A stretch of DNA of 64,000 nucleotides from Tortispora ganteri (Eukaryota), in assembly GCA_003707115.1 (NCBI GenBank), contig PPNB01000006.1, positions 310,001-374,000 of the forward strand, in the 5' to 3' direction. Below the pieces are notes generated by a model. The model was not told the DNA's origin and ran no database searches. It saw only the letters and a program-made list of their open reading frames with translations. The position numbers and the translations under genes are program-made. Shown here one piece after another: positions 34,522-44,351 of the stretch. Each line of letters starts with the position of its first letter. The stretch's first letter is position 1.

Positions 34522-34920
34522 CTAATAAAGGAAAAGAAAGCAGTTAGTCGATGAAAAGAAGAATAGAAACGCGACATAGAACGTGATTGCTTGTTAATTG
34601 ACGCGTGCACCTGGATGATAGCAATGGCATCCCCCACCCCGGTTCTCCGGTCAACTCCGAACAGAAGCGAAAATGCATTGCAGATATCCAGCGAAGAAAA
34701 GCAGCACCACGCAATTGTACTTGGCACATAAAATGAATATGTTCAAACAGAATGAGATATGCTGCTACTAAGTTGAGGGAGAGTAGTGCAGGTCAAATCG
34801 CGGTTATGAACGCGATGGTGAATTCATTGAACATGCTTGGTGAGGGGTAGGTCTTATTGGGGAGACTTATACGCAGCGTATGACGTCATTGAAGCAATTG
34901 CACGCACGAATAATACTTAC
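34522..34920 (-). other. 5'-UTR intron (399 nt) ending immediately before the POR1 ATG
   Basis: Minus strand: GTAAGT donor at 34920, GACTAAC branch at 34549-34543, pyrimidine tract, then TAG|ATG. Confidence 0.8.
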
Positions 34921-35235
34921 TTTTGTATTCGGTTGACGTAATTTCTATTATGCAGCGATTCAGCAGCGGAAAGGGTCGGGCAAAACAAAGAAAGGTTATA
35001 GAGTCCTGAGAGAAGTAGTGACCCCCAACAAACCGGTTCAAGAAGGGAGTAGAAAAACACAATCAACCAATAGCAGGGTTTCAATGTCCCACAACTTGAT
35101 AGTAGTAATAGAGCACACTAATATTCGGTCATATACTGTGGGGTAAAGTTGCGCTTAGTATTGCTGCGAAATTGTTTGACTGTTTGGAGCCGGATCTAGC
35201 ATTCAGTTAGTTACATAAATAGATAAACAAATAAT

Positions 35236-36183
35236 ATGAGTTCTCCTGATAAGTTAGCTGCTGCTAGAGCGCGCGTGGCACAACTACAAAAGAGAATTGG
35301 TTCGAACGTGAAAACCACTGCTCCGATCGATTCCAATGCTGAAGTTGAGGCCCTTAGAACTCGAATTGTGGAACTCGAGAACGAATGTACGGAATTGAAA
35401 GCGGAATTAACACAAGTAAAGATAGCGGCCTCGAAACCGTCATCCGAAGGTACTACATTCCTGGCAGGTCCGGAAACTACTGCCAAAGAGATGGCTTCGC
35501 GGTATGTTTCAATGATGAAAGCAAGAGCAAATTTCGACGATACATCAGGAATTGATGCCGTCTCTGCGAATAGTTCAGGAGTGGTTGAATATGCAAGTTC
35601 CCAAGATCGAAACGACGAATTATTGCGACAAATCGGAAGCTTAGAAGCAGCTTTGAAGAAATCTCTTTCGGAGAATGCAGATCTCAAGCAAGAGAACGAG
35701 TTTCTAAAAAGGAAACTAAACTGTTCTGCTAATTACAGTAGTGTGCAACCAGAACCTGTTCCTTCAACACAGTATCGATCTATGCTCTCAACGGACCAGC
35801 CCACTATAGAATCGCCTTACGACTACGACGATCTTTCCAGTGACACCGATTCAGACAATACAGATCACAATCCCAGGACCAAAGATGATAATATATATGC
35901 ACCGACTGCGCCAGTGACAGCAGTACCAGCGACGACTACGACCATTGCATCTGCAGCTGCTGTCGCTGCCATACAAGAACCAGAAGCGCTTTCTTCATTC
36001 GCTGAGATTGACCTCTATGACGACTCTGCTGAGCTTCAGGTAGAAACTGGTCATCTCGTTGACATAGAGACCAATAGGAGAAAGCAAATCTATTCGGATA
36101 TTGCGCAGAAGTTTCATAATTACTTACCGGACCTTGCGTCTATGAGAATCACTGGAGGCGAAGGTCCGATACTTGCAGTATAA
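35236..36183 (+). CDS. BUG1: Coiled-coil cis-Golgi tether, Bug1/GM130-like
   Basis: N-terminal KLAAARARVAQLQKR and C-terminal DLASMRITGGEGPILAV resemble the termini of Bug1-type GRASP partners as recalled; central coiled coils. Confidence 0.6.
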   Translation: MSSPDKLAAARARVAQLQKRIGSNVKTTAPIDSNAEVEALRTRIVELENECTELKAELTQVKIAASKPSSEGTTFLAGPETTAKEMASRYVSMMKARANFDDTSGIDAVSANSSGVVEYASSQDRNDELLRQIGSLEAALKKSLSENADLKQENEFLKRKLNCSANYSSVQPEPVPSTQYRSMLSTDQPTIESPYDYDDLSSDTDSDNTDHNPRTKDDNIYAPTAPVTAVPATTTTIASAAAVAAIQEPEALSSFAEIDLYDDSAELQVETGHLVDIETNRRKQIYSDIAQKFHNYLPDLASMRITGGEGPILAV

Positions 36184-36331
36184 CGTTAATAATGGGTGGC
36201 GAGATGCCATTTGTTTTCTGCACATATCAGTTCAAAAGAGCTCAAGTTTACGAATTTGCATACCTATTCATATATTCCATGTCTGTTAGCCAGATCACGA
36301 TACGTTGTACATAAAAGAAAAGATTACCCCA

Positions 36332-36349
36332 TCATCATCATCATCATCA
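36332..36349 (-). repeat. (TGA)6 in-frame tandem stop codons ending BNA2
   Basis: An (ATC)n microsatellite on the plus strand reads GCA TGA TGA TGA TGA TGA TGA on the coding strand. Confidence 0.95.
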
Positions 36350-37792
36350 TGCATCTGCCACGTGTTTATCGTCACCGTCATTGACCCAGTTTTCAGCGAG
36401 ACCTCGTAGTTTAGAATTCGAGCGTTCAGGTTGACGATAAATAAGTGAAGGACCAGTACGTAATAACCTGCGACCCCATGAACCAGCAGCAGGATCTGAA
36501 GTTTCGTCACGCGCTTGCTTTAAGAACGCCATAAGAGCAGTACCGCCAGTCCCAAGTGCAGCTCCCGTTTTCGAATCTGTTGACGCAAGACCAGTCCGTC
36601 TTGGAGAAGCTGTTCTATCTGAAGCACCAGCCCGATTATTAGAAGCTTGAGCAATAATGTAACGACTGACAATTTGAACGTGTTTGTCCCTGAAAGCGCG
36701 CAGTACTGCTAAACAAGCGTCATAAGCAAGAGATAGACCGGGAACATTGTTGCTATTATCAACAACGTAATCTCTAATAGAAACACTTGTACTGAGTGAT
36801 TCTAAAAATCTTCTATGTGGGCCAGGCATATACGATCTCATGTCAACGATAAAGGAGTTCTCCTTTTCAGGTGCAGAATATCCTGGTTTGTTATCTTTGT
36901 CAGTAACTGCTGGTTCGCGATTTGGCGTAGTTTCCAAATGCCTTATCCCTAGAAATATGTCCAGTGCCTGTATGAGCGACGATTGAGCATTTGAGCCTCC
37001 AGAGTACGCACGGTAGAAATCCTCAGAGCCATATTTCACGCCGTGTGGGAGACCAGCAGGTGCCATATTCTTAGAACCAGCCAAAAAAGGTCTTAGCCGG
37101 TAGTAAAATATGTGAGGATCACACTGCTCGTACATACGTCCGAGTATGGGTATGAGATGGTCGATTGTCTCGGCAAGAACCTGAAGTGTTTCTGTGAGCG
37201 CCTGCGGGTCGTTTCGGATGATAGCTTCATGAGCGCGCAAGCCGTGCACAAGACAAGATGCGCCTTCTTTTTCCAAAACAGTTGACACTAAATAAAACCA
37301 CGATTCGTCAAATCCGCCTGTAAATGTTGTAATAGTTGCCAGTGTGTTTAGATTCCAATTATCGTAGCTGCATCCAGCGAGTGATTCAGCGCTATGGGTT
37401 AGTCTGTGGTTCCAGAGACATAGACCGGAATAAGTAGCTGTTGGCGGTAGTTCAAGAGCTTCAGCCACAAAAAGAATAGGCTTAGCGAGACATTCAGGTA
37501 TGCGGTCTTTAGGTGGCTGCGATTCCCATATGTAGGCATGAACCAAGAAACCCAGAATAGAATAAGCTCTCCGATAATGGCGAATATCCGGGAGATCAGC
37601 AGGATCTAACAGAGGCATAGAGTCTACAGCAGCTCGCAAGGTCCTTGACATGAGTAAACTGGGGAGATCTTCTGCAAGGTGTTCCCACACTGCAAACTGA
37701 TCGCCAAGGTGACTGATCGGCAACTCTTCAGGCAAAAAGCCGGTGTGGGGGCTGATGTCGAAGTCTTCGAGTTTCAAGAGTAGTGGTCGCAT
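36347..37792 (-). CDS. BNA2: Indoleamine 2,3-dioxygenase
   Basis: TFTGGFDESWFYLVS, YSGGSNAQSSLIQ, FRDKHVQIVSRYI and GTGGT motifs. Confidence 0.96.
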   Translation of the reverse strand: MRPLLLKLEDFDISPHTGFLPEELPISHLGDQFAVWEHLAEDLPSLLMSRTLRAAVDSMPLLDPADLPDIRHYRRAYSILGFLVHAYIWESQPPKDRIPECLAKPILFVAEALELPPTATYSGLCLWNHRLTHSAESLAGCSYDNWNLNTLATITTFTGGFDESWFYLVSTVLEKEGASCLVHGLRAHEAIIRNDPQALTETLQVLAETIDHLIPILGRMYEQCDPHIFYYRLRPFLAGSKNMAPAGLPHGVKYGSEDFYRAYSGGSNAQSSLIQALDIFLGIRHLETTPNREPAVTDKDNKPGYSAPEKENSFIVDMRSYMPGPHRRFLESLSTSVSIRDYVVDNSNNVPGLSLAYDACLAVLRAFRDKHVQIVSRYIIAQASNNRAGASDRTASPRRTGLASTDSKTGAALGTGGTALMAFLKQARDETSDPAAGSWGRRLLRTGPSLIYRQPERSNSKLRGLAENWVNDGDDKHVADA

Positions 37793-38206
37793 AACTATTG
37801 GTAAAGATTGCTAAGTAAGTTCGATTTAAATATTAGGTCGTCCTTGGTGGGTTTTTTATTGTGCGATTTTATTCTGCGGGTATCTTATGCAAGCTTAAGC
37901 CAGGTCTAGTGTAATTCAATTGCGGGGAGGCCGGAGAAACGGACGGCTTAAAGGGACTGTTGCTTTAACAGGATTAAATAAAAGCGTAATAATATGAACA
38001 GTATTAATAAATCGAATACAGCAGTGTAATGATATGTACAAAAACTGCTAAGGGTATGGAAAGTCAGAATAGAAAAATTATGTAACCTGGTCGCGCAGGA
38101 TAACGTACCACTTTGGTAGTTTTTTCTATCTCCCAAAGATCGAAAAACGTAAAAATATAATATATAGAGAATCAGTCACATAAGATTCACTTGAACTTGC
38201 TTCGAA

Positions 38207-41200
38207 ATGACTCGAACATTTGAGTCTTCTGTTTCTATTACTAAGAGCCTTAGAGATCGCAATGTTGCATTTGGCGATCAGTTAAAATCAGCGCAATCGT
38301 TACTTAAGCAAGTCGATCTGATTTTCCCAAACCGAGAAAAGTTTCTATTAGAATGGTGGTTAGATCGAGCAAGTTCTGAAAAATCAGACGCTCTAATTGA
38401 TCCTGAAACCTGGCATACATTGTTAATGATTGTGAGAGCATTCTCTAATGAAAGATCGCTTGAGTCATCTCTCCGTCATCGAGACCTTGTCAAAATTATA
38501 GCTTCTACCTGTAATATCGCACTCTTGAATAACGTTTCTTCTCATTTGATAGAACAAATATCGGATCTGCTCCAATTTCTTGATTCTAGTTTTAATTTTG
38601 GCTTCAGAAAACTAGACTCTGAACTTGCTTACAGCTTTATGGGATCTTTGTTCGCTCTTGCTGAAACAAGTTCTTACCAATTCAGTGAATCGCACCTCTC
38701 TGCTCTACTTTCTATCTACTACAAGTTCTTGCTTATGCTCTCAACACCTCAAGAACAGCGCACATATTTATTCTCCGAAAAAGTATTGCCATTTATTCTT
38801 TTATACCAGCAGAAGTATGATCTATGGGACGACTCTTCTCTTAACGAGTTGATAGCGCAAGGCCTTTTCTCAGATCTCCCTGAAAAATTCAATCCTGCAA
38901 AGATACAGAAATGGGTTGAATTGGCTATACAGTCTGTGAATAATGAAAGGACAGAAAATAATATTTATCAGGCACTTCCTAGACTATTTTCTATACTTTC
39001 CAGTCACAAGACTTTAAGAGAACGACCAGACTATTCTGATATAGCCGCTCATCTGCTCAAATATTTGTATTATAGCTCTCCTTCATACAAACTAGATATA
39101 TTTCGTTGTGCTAGCGAAGCTAAGTTAAAGATCAGTTCCACTATGTGCTCTGATATCGTACACGATGTACTTATTAGCGAGAAATACTCTATACAAATTT
39201 TACAGCATCTAGTTGCTGTTTGTGGTAATCTCATATTTCCTTTGGAGAAAGAGCTAATAATGTTTTTAAATTCATGCATTGTGGATGAGCCTTTGTTTAT
39301 GACAAACATATTGGCGCAGATATTGCAACTGCACACTCAAAATAGACGGTTTGAAGATTATATTGACTTTCTTTTAGACCTATTGGAATCTGGTATTCCT
39401 TTTCAAAGGGTTATTAACGATATCCTGCTTTGTGAAATTTCTCGTTCTTGCAAATTATACTGTTCTGTTCAGTTTTTGACGAAATATTTTAAAAAATCGC
39501 ACCAATTAAGCAAAGTAACAGATGGCATTTTCTACATTAATATTGCGCTAACTTATGGGATTGCTGATTCATTTGACAGCAAATATGTTCAAGAAGTTTG
39601 TGAATCAGAATTGAAAAATTGCCTAGTTAGTTTTTCCGAGTCGGAATCCTGGTCGACATATCTATTCACGCTTCTGTGTTTGAGTGACTATTCAACTATT
39701 GAGAATGTGGGGCTAACTGATTTACGTCTACTCTTTTCTAGTCATGTACCTTGCTCTTCAATCTACATATGTTTGTCTGCTTTTCGATTAGCGGAAATTG
39801 ATCAATCTTTTAATGAAATTGATCTGTCTAGTTCTTTTGGAAGTTTACTAAAGTCCAAAGATACAATGTCTGACTATGTGAATAGCTGGATTAAAAAGCC
39901 TTCTACGCTGAAAGTAAGCGACTTTGCAGTGATGTTTGTTTTGCAGCGATTTCCTGAGATATTCGACACACTACTGAACAGCTCTGCATTAAAGCTTTTA
40001 TTAGAGAAGTTGCTGACTAAAGATGGACTTGCCACCGATTATTTCAATGAAGTAACAGACTATCTTTATGAAACACGAGTGCTCGAGGGTGCTTTGATAT
40101 TTTCTAAAATGATAGTAAGTTATCGACCTTCTGAAGCTTCTACTTTTTCGGTGGCAAGATTTGCAAAGTTGTTAACATGTTTGGACTACCGCACCTTTGA
40201 AGTCAAACACGCTTCTTCTTTACTAGAATTCCTTATCGATTATCCTACTCATGGTATCAATACAAAAGAAATACAACTGTTGTGGAATGCCATTGATTTA
40301 TTGACTGCTCATGATTTAAAGGACAACTTTGCAAAACCTGTTTTTATTCTGGACTTGCAGTCCAAATTCGAGAACCAAGAAACCGATTTCACAATTGCTA
40401 AACTCAAAAACCTGTTTTCGTCTTTGATCGGTTCTGCGCCTAATTCAAAACTTGCTAAGTGTATTTACAAAGAGATCACTAATGGCCTTAACACACACAG
40501 AGACAAGATGCATGACTCTATTGCCGCCAGTGCCAATGGCAAGACACTTGTGCATACCTGGTTAACTTGCGCGGCTTTGTTCCAACATTTAACAGATATA
40601 CAACAACCTGAAGCTTTAAATATCAAGAAATTGAGTAAACTCCTCGAATGCACGCGAGAAACCAACAAAGTTTTCATGGACTACATGGTCAAGACTGAGT
40701 ATGAATATGAATATATGATTCCCTACTTTTCGACTCTTGTCATTAGTTTTGACTTACTCAAAGGAAGTGCCACAGTACAAGCTAAAGAGAGATACTCTGA
40801 ATTTTTTGCCGACTATCTTTCGTACCGCATATCGCATCATCCGCACAAAGGCTCTGAATTGACTAACTGTTACACAGAGGCTTTTCGAGCATATACTCAC
40901 TTTATTAATAACTGCTCGCCTAATGAAGTTTTGGGCGTTTACTTGAAAATGCGACGAAATTTTTTCACTTCTAAAGCAGATGATAGTCTAGGGCACTACT
41001 TTGAGAAATTGAACGATATCCAACTTACAAGCGTCACTGAACATATCAAACGAATCCTAGAATCCACTTCTGAAGGATCGAAAGAACTGATAATAATAAT
41101 TCGTTTGGTTAATATCTTAACGATATACGGATTGTCTGGACGTGATACACCCGAAGCATATAACGGCGCTGTAATTATATTTTTGGCATGTTTTGTTGTA

Positions 41201-41962
41201 CTGAGTTATGTTAAGTTTGAAAAACAGATTGATGCGAATGTGGTTATTACACTCTTGAGTACGATACGACTTATCCTTGCGAAAAAGTCGTCAAGTATTT
41301 TAATTCGACAATCCACATTTGAGATTGTGGTCTCTATTTGCAGCTCCCTTTTCAGTGTGTCAGGTCCTGAATGTCTCCTTTCAGACACGTACGTTGAAGC
41401 AGACTCTCTCTACATTTCCTGCTGCCAAACCGTCTCTGATTTCCTATCATTTGCAAGATTCAGATTTCAAGGGCGTCATTCTATACTCGTCAATGTCGTG
41501 AATGTTCTAATGGAAGCCTTGTATGATATTCCCAGTACAGAAATTAGAAGTTGTCAACGAGCGAAATGGACACTAGATGAACGCGCTAAGTGTCGTATGG
41601 GTTCTATTAACTGTGCTCTTGCATTTCAAAGACTAATATCTATATTGGTTTCGCCATTGACGGCACAGGTTCAAAAGCAGTCCAACTCGCTCACGGTATC
41701 TTCAGTAACTGAGCGAAAAGCATTGGTACCCTTTGTCGCTCTTATTCTTATTCGATACGTCCAGTTATCATTGAATTTCAAGTTACCTCTCATAATGCGA
41801 CCAAACATACAAATGTCTGTGTTTGAGATGCTTGATACTCAAAATCCAGAGAGTTTAGCCACTATTACTTCTAGAATATCTGTCACTGGTGCCAGTCTAT
41901 TTCGGAACATCTATAAAGAATACATTGCTCATGGCAAATGGAATGATAACCTATCATACTAA
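38207..41962 (+). CDS. URB2: Nucleolar pre-ribosome factor Urb2/Npa2
   Basis: N-terminal FPNREKFLLEW; C-terminal Urb2-type domain ending LFRNIYKEYIAHGKW. Confidence 0.85.
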   Translation: MTRTFESSVSITKSLRDRNVAFGDQLKSAQSLLKQVDLIFPNREKFLLEWWLDRASSEKSDALIDPETWHTLLMIVRAFSNERSLESSLRHRDLVKIIASTCNIALLNNVSSHLIEQISDLLQFLDSSFNFGFRKLDSELAYSFMGSLFALAETSSYQFSESHLSALLSIYYKFLLMLSTPQEQRTYLFSEKVLPFILLYQQKYDLWDDSSLNELIAQGLFSDLPEKFNPAKIQKWVELAIQSVNNERTENNIYQALPRLFSILSSHKTLRERPDYSDIAAHLLKYLYYSSPSYKLDIFRCASEAKLKISSTMCSDIVHDVLISEKYSIQILQHLVAVCGNLIFPLEKELIMFLNSCIVDEPLFMTNILAQILQLHTQNRRFEDYIDFLLDLLESGIPFQRVINDILLCEISRSCKLYCSVQFLTKYFKKSHQLSKVTDGIFYINIALTYGIADSFDSKYVQEVCESELKNCLVSFSESESWSTYLFTLLCLSDYSTIENVGLTDLRLLFSSHVPCSSIYICLSAFRLAEIDQSFNEIDLSSSFGSLLKSKDTMSDYVNSWIKKPSTLKVSDFAVMFVLQRFPEIFDTLLNSSALKLLLEKLLTKDGLATDYFNEVTDYLYETRVLEGALIFSKMIVSYRPSEASTFSVARFAKLLTCLDYRTFEVKHASSLLEFLIDYPTHGINTKEIQLLWNAIDLLTAHDLKDNFAKPVFILDLQSKFENQETDFTIAKLKNLFSSLIGSAPNSKLAKCIYKEITNGLNTHRDKMHDSIAASANGKTLVHTWLTCAALFQHLTDIQQPEALNIKKLSKLLECTRETNKVFMDYMVKTEYEYEYMIPYFSTLVISFDLLKGSATVQAKERYSEFFADYLSYRISHHPHKGSELTNCYTEAFRAYTHFINNCSPNEVLGVYLKMRRNFFTSKADDSLGHYFEKLNDIQLTSVTEHIKRILESTSEGSKELIIIIRLVNILTIYGLSGRDTPEAYNGAVIIFLACFVVLSYVKFEKQIDANVVITLLSTIRLILAKKSSSILIRQSTFEIVVSICSSLFSVSGPECLLSDTYVEADSLYISCCQTVSDFLSFARFRFQGRHSILVNVVNVLMEALYDIPSTEIRSCQRAKWTLDERAKCRMGSINCALAFQRLISILVSPLTAQVQKQSNSLTVSSVTERKALVPFVALILIRYVQLSLNFKLPLIMRPNIQMSVFEMLDTQNPESLATITSRISVTGASLFRNIYKEYIAHGKWNDNLSY

Positions 41963-42161
41963 AATAAGATTGTTCTATTACGTGTTAGCTCGTTATTTCA
42001 CTTTGTATTATAGTTTGAAAACGTATTTTAGGAATATAAAACGCACACTTGTATCAAAATATAACCAGTACTAATACTACGATTATATGTTTTCAATATA
42101 TATTCGAGAGCTTATGGACCGCACAATCTATAAGTTTGGAGTGCAACTGCACTAGATTCTA

Positions 42162-42234
42162 GCCTTGATGGCCAAGTTGGTAAGGCGTATCACTAGTAAT
42201 GATAAGATCGTCGGTTCGAATCCGGCTCGAGGCA
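42162..42234 (+). tRNA. tRNA-Thr (AGT)
   Basis: Acceptor GCCTTGA/TCGAGGC, D-arm TGGCCAAGTTGGTAAGGC, anticodon arm TATCA-CTAGTAA-TGATA (AGT at 42195-42197), T-loop GGTTCGAATCC; no intron. Confidence 0.97.
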
Positions 42235-42243
42235 TTTTTTTTT
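42235..42243 (+). terminator. RNA polymerase III terminator
   Basis: T9 run immediately after the tRNA. Confidence 0.85.
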
Positions 42244-42569
42244 GTACATCTAGGAAGTACAATTATTTCGTCATGAAAGTTTTCGCATTTATATACAGCA
42301 GATATGTTACATCGAAGTCCTTTAGTCTATCATCATTTGTTATGTAAGAAATATAAATCGTATTGTAATGATGACTTATTTAATGTAGGTGCGCGATGGG
42401 AAGTAATAATAAGGTTAAAGTTAAAGTTCGAAATATTTTTTTTTTCTTCGCATATACAATACAGAATTTTGTTTTCTTCTTTTACTTCTTTATACTTGTT
42501 AATTGCTATTGAATTCTGTTACTCCATTATAAGATATTTTTATTTAGCTGATATATAGTGTTAGTAATC

Positions 42570-44021
42570 ATGGCCAAAAGCGTTGAGACTAAATCAAAGA
42601 CTAAGCCATCAAAGAAGGCACTAGCGTCGAAACCTTCTGTTTCGAAGAATAAATCTGCACCGAAGAATAAATCTGCACCGACGAAGAAAACTGCATCCTC
42701 TTCAAGTGAAAGCTCTGATTCGTCATCGTCTGAAGAGGACATAAATCCTCAGAAAAAGGTAACAGATTTGAAAGATACTCATACTGGCGACTCCAGCGAC
42801 TCCAGCGACTCCAGCGATTCCAGCGACTCCAGCGACTCCAGCGACTCCAGCGATTCCAGCGATTCTAGCGATTCCAGCGATTCTAGCGATTCTAGCGATT
42901 CCAGCGATTCTGATGATTCTGATGATTCTAGTGATTCAAACGAATCGAGCGATGCTAATTCCGATTCGGATTCTGATAAGCCTTCTAGTAGCAAGGAATT
43001 TACAGCTGCTGCTAAAACTGGTTCCGATTCTGATTCTGATTCCGATTCTGATTCCGATTCTGATTCTGATTCTGATTCTGATACAGATGCAGAGACTAAA
43101 GAATCCTCTAAGGTTGAAACCAAATCTGCTTCTGCTGCACCTGATTCAGACTCAGACTCAGACTCAGACTCTGATTCAGATTCAGATTCAGATTCAGATT
43201 CGTCGTCTTCATCAGAGTCTGAAGTTGAGGAGAAACCAAAGAAAAGAAAACTCGAGGAATCGCACGCTGAACCTGCCGGTAAGAAAGCTAAATCTGGTTC
43301 TGACAACGAAAGCAAGACACTTTTTATTGGTAGAATCCCTTGGTCTTTAGACGAAGAAAAGTTAGCTGATCTATTCAGGTCATACGGTGAGATTGTTAGT
43401 TCAAGGGTTATATACGATAGCGCTGGTAAATCTCGCGGTTATGGCTATATCGATTTTGCTGATTCATCTTCTGCGAAGAAGGCGTGTTCTGAAATGCAGG
43501 GCTATGAACTTGACGGGAGAACTTTGAATGTTGATATATCTACCCCAAAACCAGAACAGTCTGGGGATCGCACCAGCAAGAGAGCTGAGAAATTTGGTGA
43601 TTCTACTTCAGAGCCCTCTACTACGCTTTTTGTAGGTAACCTTGCTTTTGGAATTGATAGGGATACTGTCTTTGAGGCCTTTTCTGAATTTGGAAACGTT
43701 AAAGGCGTTCGACTCCCCACTCATATCGACTCCGGAGAACCTAAAGGATTTGGATATGTCGAATTTGCCACTATTGAAGATGCTAAAGCTGGATTTGAAG
43801 GTATGCGTGGCCAGAGCCTTCAAGGACGTGCTGTTCGCTTGGATTACTCTCAGCCGAGAACTAATACTGGAGGTAACAATAATAGATTCTCTGGGCAAAA
43901 GAAGTTTTCAAGCCCTGGTCGCTTTTCTCCTGCTGGTGGAAATAGAAGCAATACTTCGTCTCCTGCATACAAAAAGACTGCTTCTTCCGATTTTAAGGGT
44001 AAGAAAATCACGTTTGACTAG
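42570..44021 (+). CDS. NSR1: Nucleolin-like protein Nsr1/Gar2
   Basis: Acidic Ser-rich N-terminus, two RRMs (KSRGYGYIDF, PKGFGYVEF), ends FKGKKITFD. ATG at 42570. Confidence 0.93.
   Translation: MAKSVETKSKTKPSKKALASKPSVSKNKSAPKNKSAPTKKTASSSSESSDSSSSEEDINPQKKVTDLKDTHTGDSSDSSDSSDSSDSSDSSDSSDSSDSSDSSDSSDSSDSSDSDDSDDSSDSNESSDANSDSDSDKPSSSKEFTAAAKTGSDSDSDSDSDSDSDSDSDSDTDAETKESSKVETKSASAAPDSDSDSDSDSDSDSDSDSDSSSSSESEVEEKPKKRKLEESHAEPAGKKAKSGSDNESKTLFIGRIPWSLDEEKLADLFRSYGEIVSSRVIYDSAGKSRGYGYIDFADSSSAKKACSEMQGYELDGRTLNVDISTPKPEQSGDRTSKRAEKFGDSTSEPSTTLFVGNLAFGIDRDTVFEAFSEFGNVKGVRLPTHIDSGEPKGFGYVEFATIEDAKAGFEGMRGQSLQGRAVRLDYSQPRTNTGGNNNRFSGQKKFSSPGRFSPAGGNRSNTSSPAYKKTASSDFKGKKITFD
42789..42905 (+). repeat. 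13 x 9-bp (GAYTCYAGC) coding minisatellite (DSS)13
   Basis: Read directly; further 6-bp (SD)n arrays at about 43023-43082 and 43143-43202. Confidence 0.95.
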
Positions 44022-44351
44022 TATATTCATTGTTTAGCACCCATAAGCTACTTCCCCTTCTTCATCTTTCTCAAAAGAAGAAGGAAACTACTTCGCTTAT
44101 GTGAAGATAATGCCGTCATATAGCAAAATAATCATTTTGCTTAACGAAACTAACGCTCATTTGATTTATAAAGCACAAATATGTATCTATAATTGTCTTT
44201 GGGACTTTAGGGTATCTTTCTACTACAGTTTTTCACATTATCCTTACTGGAAATGTATATCACATTCTTATATATTATGAAGCCATACTATTAATATATG
44301 CACGTAGTCCATAGCCATATATTAAGGTCAAAAGTTGAGTACAATCAACAA

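Noticed and set aside
42779..43350. ORFs with (SE)n, (SLE)n and (IL)n repeats
   Set aside because: Alternative-frame readings of the NSR1 coding repeats.
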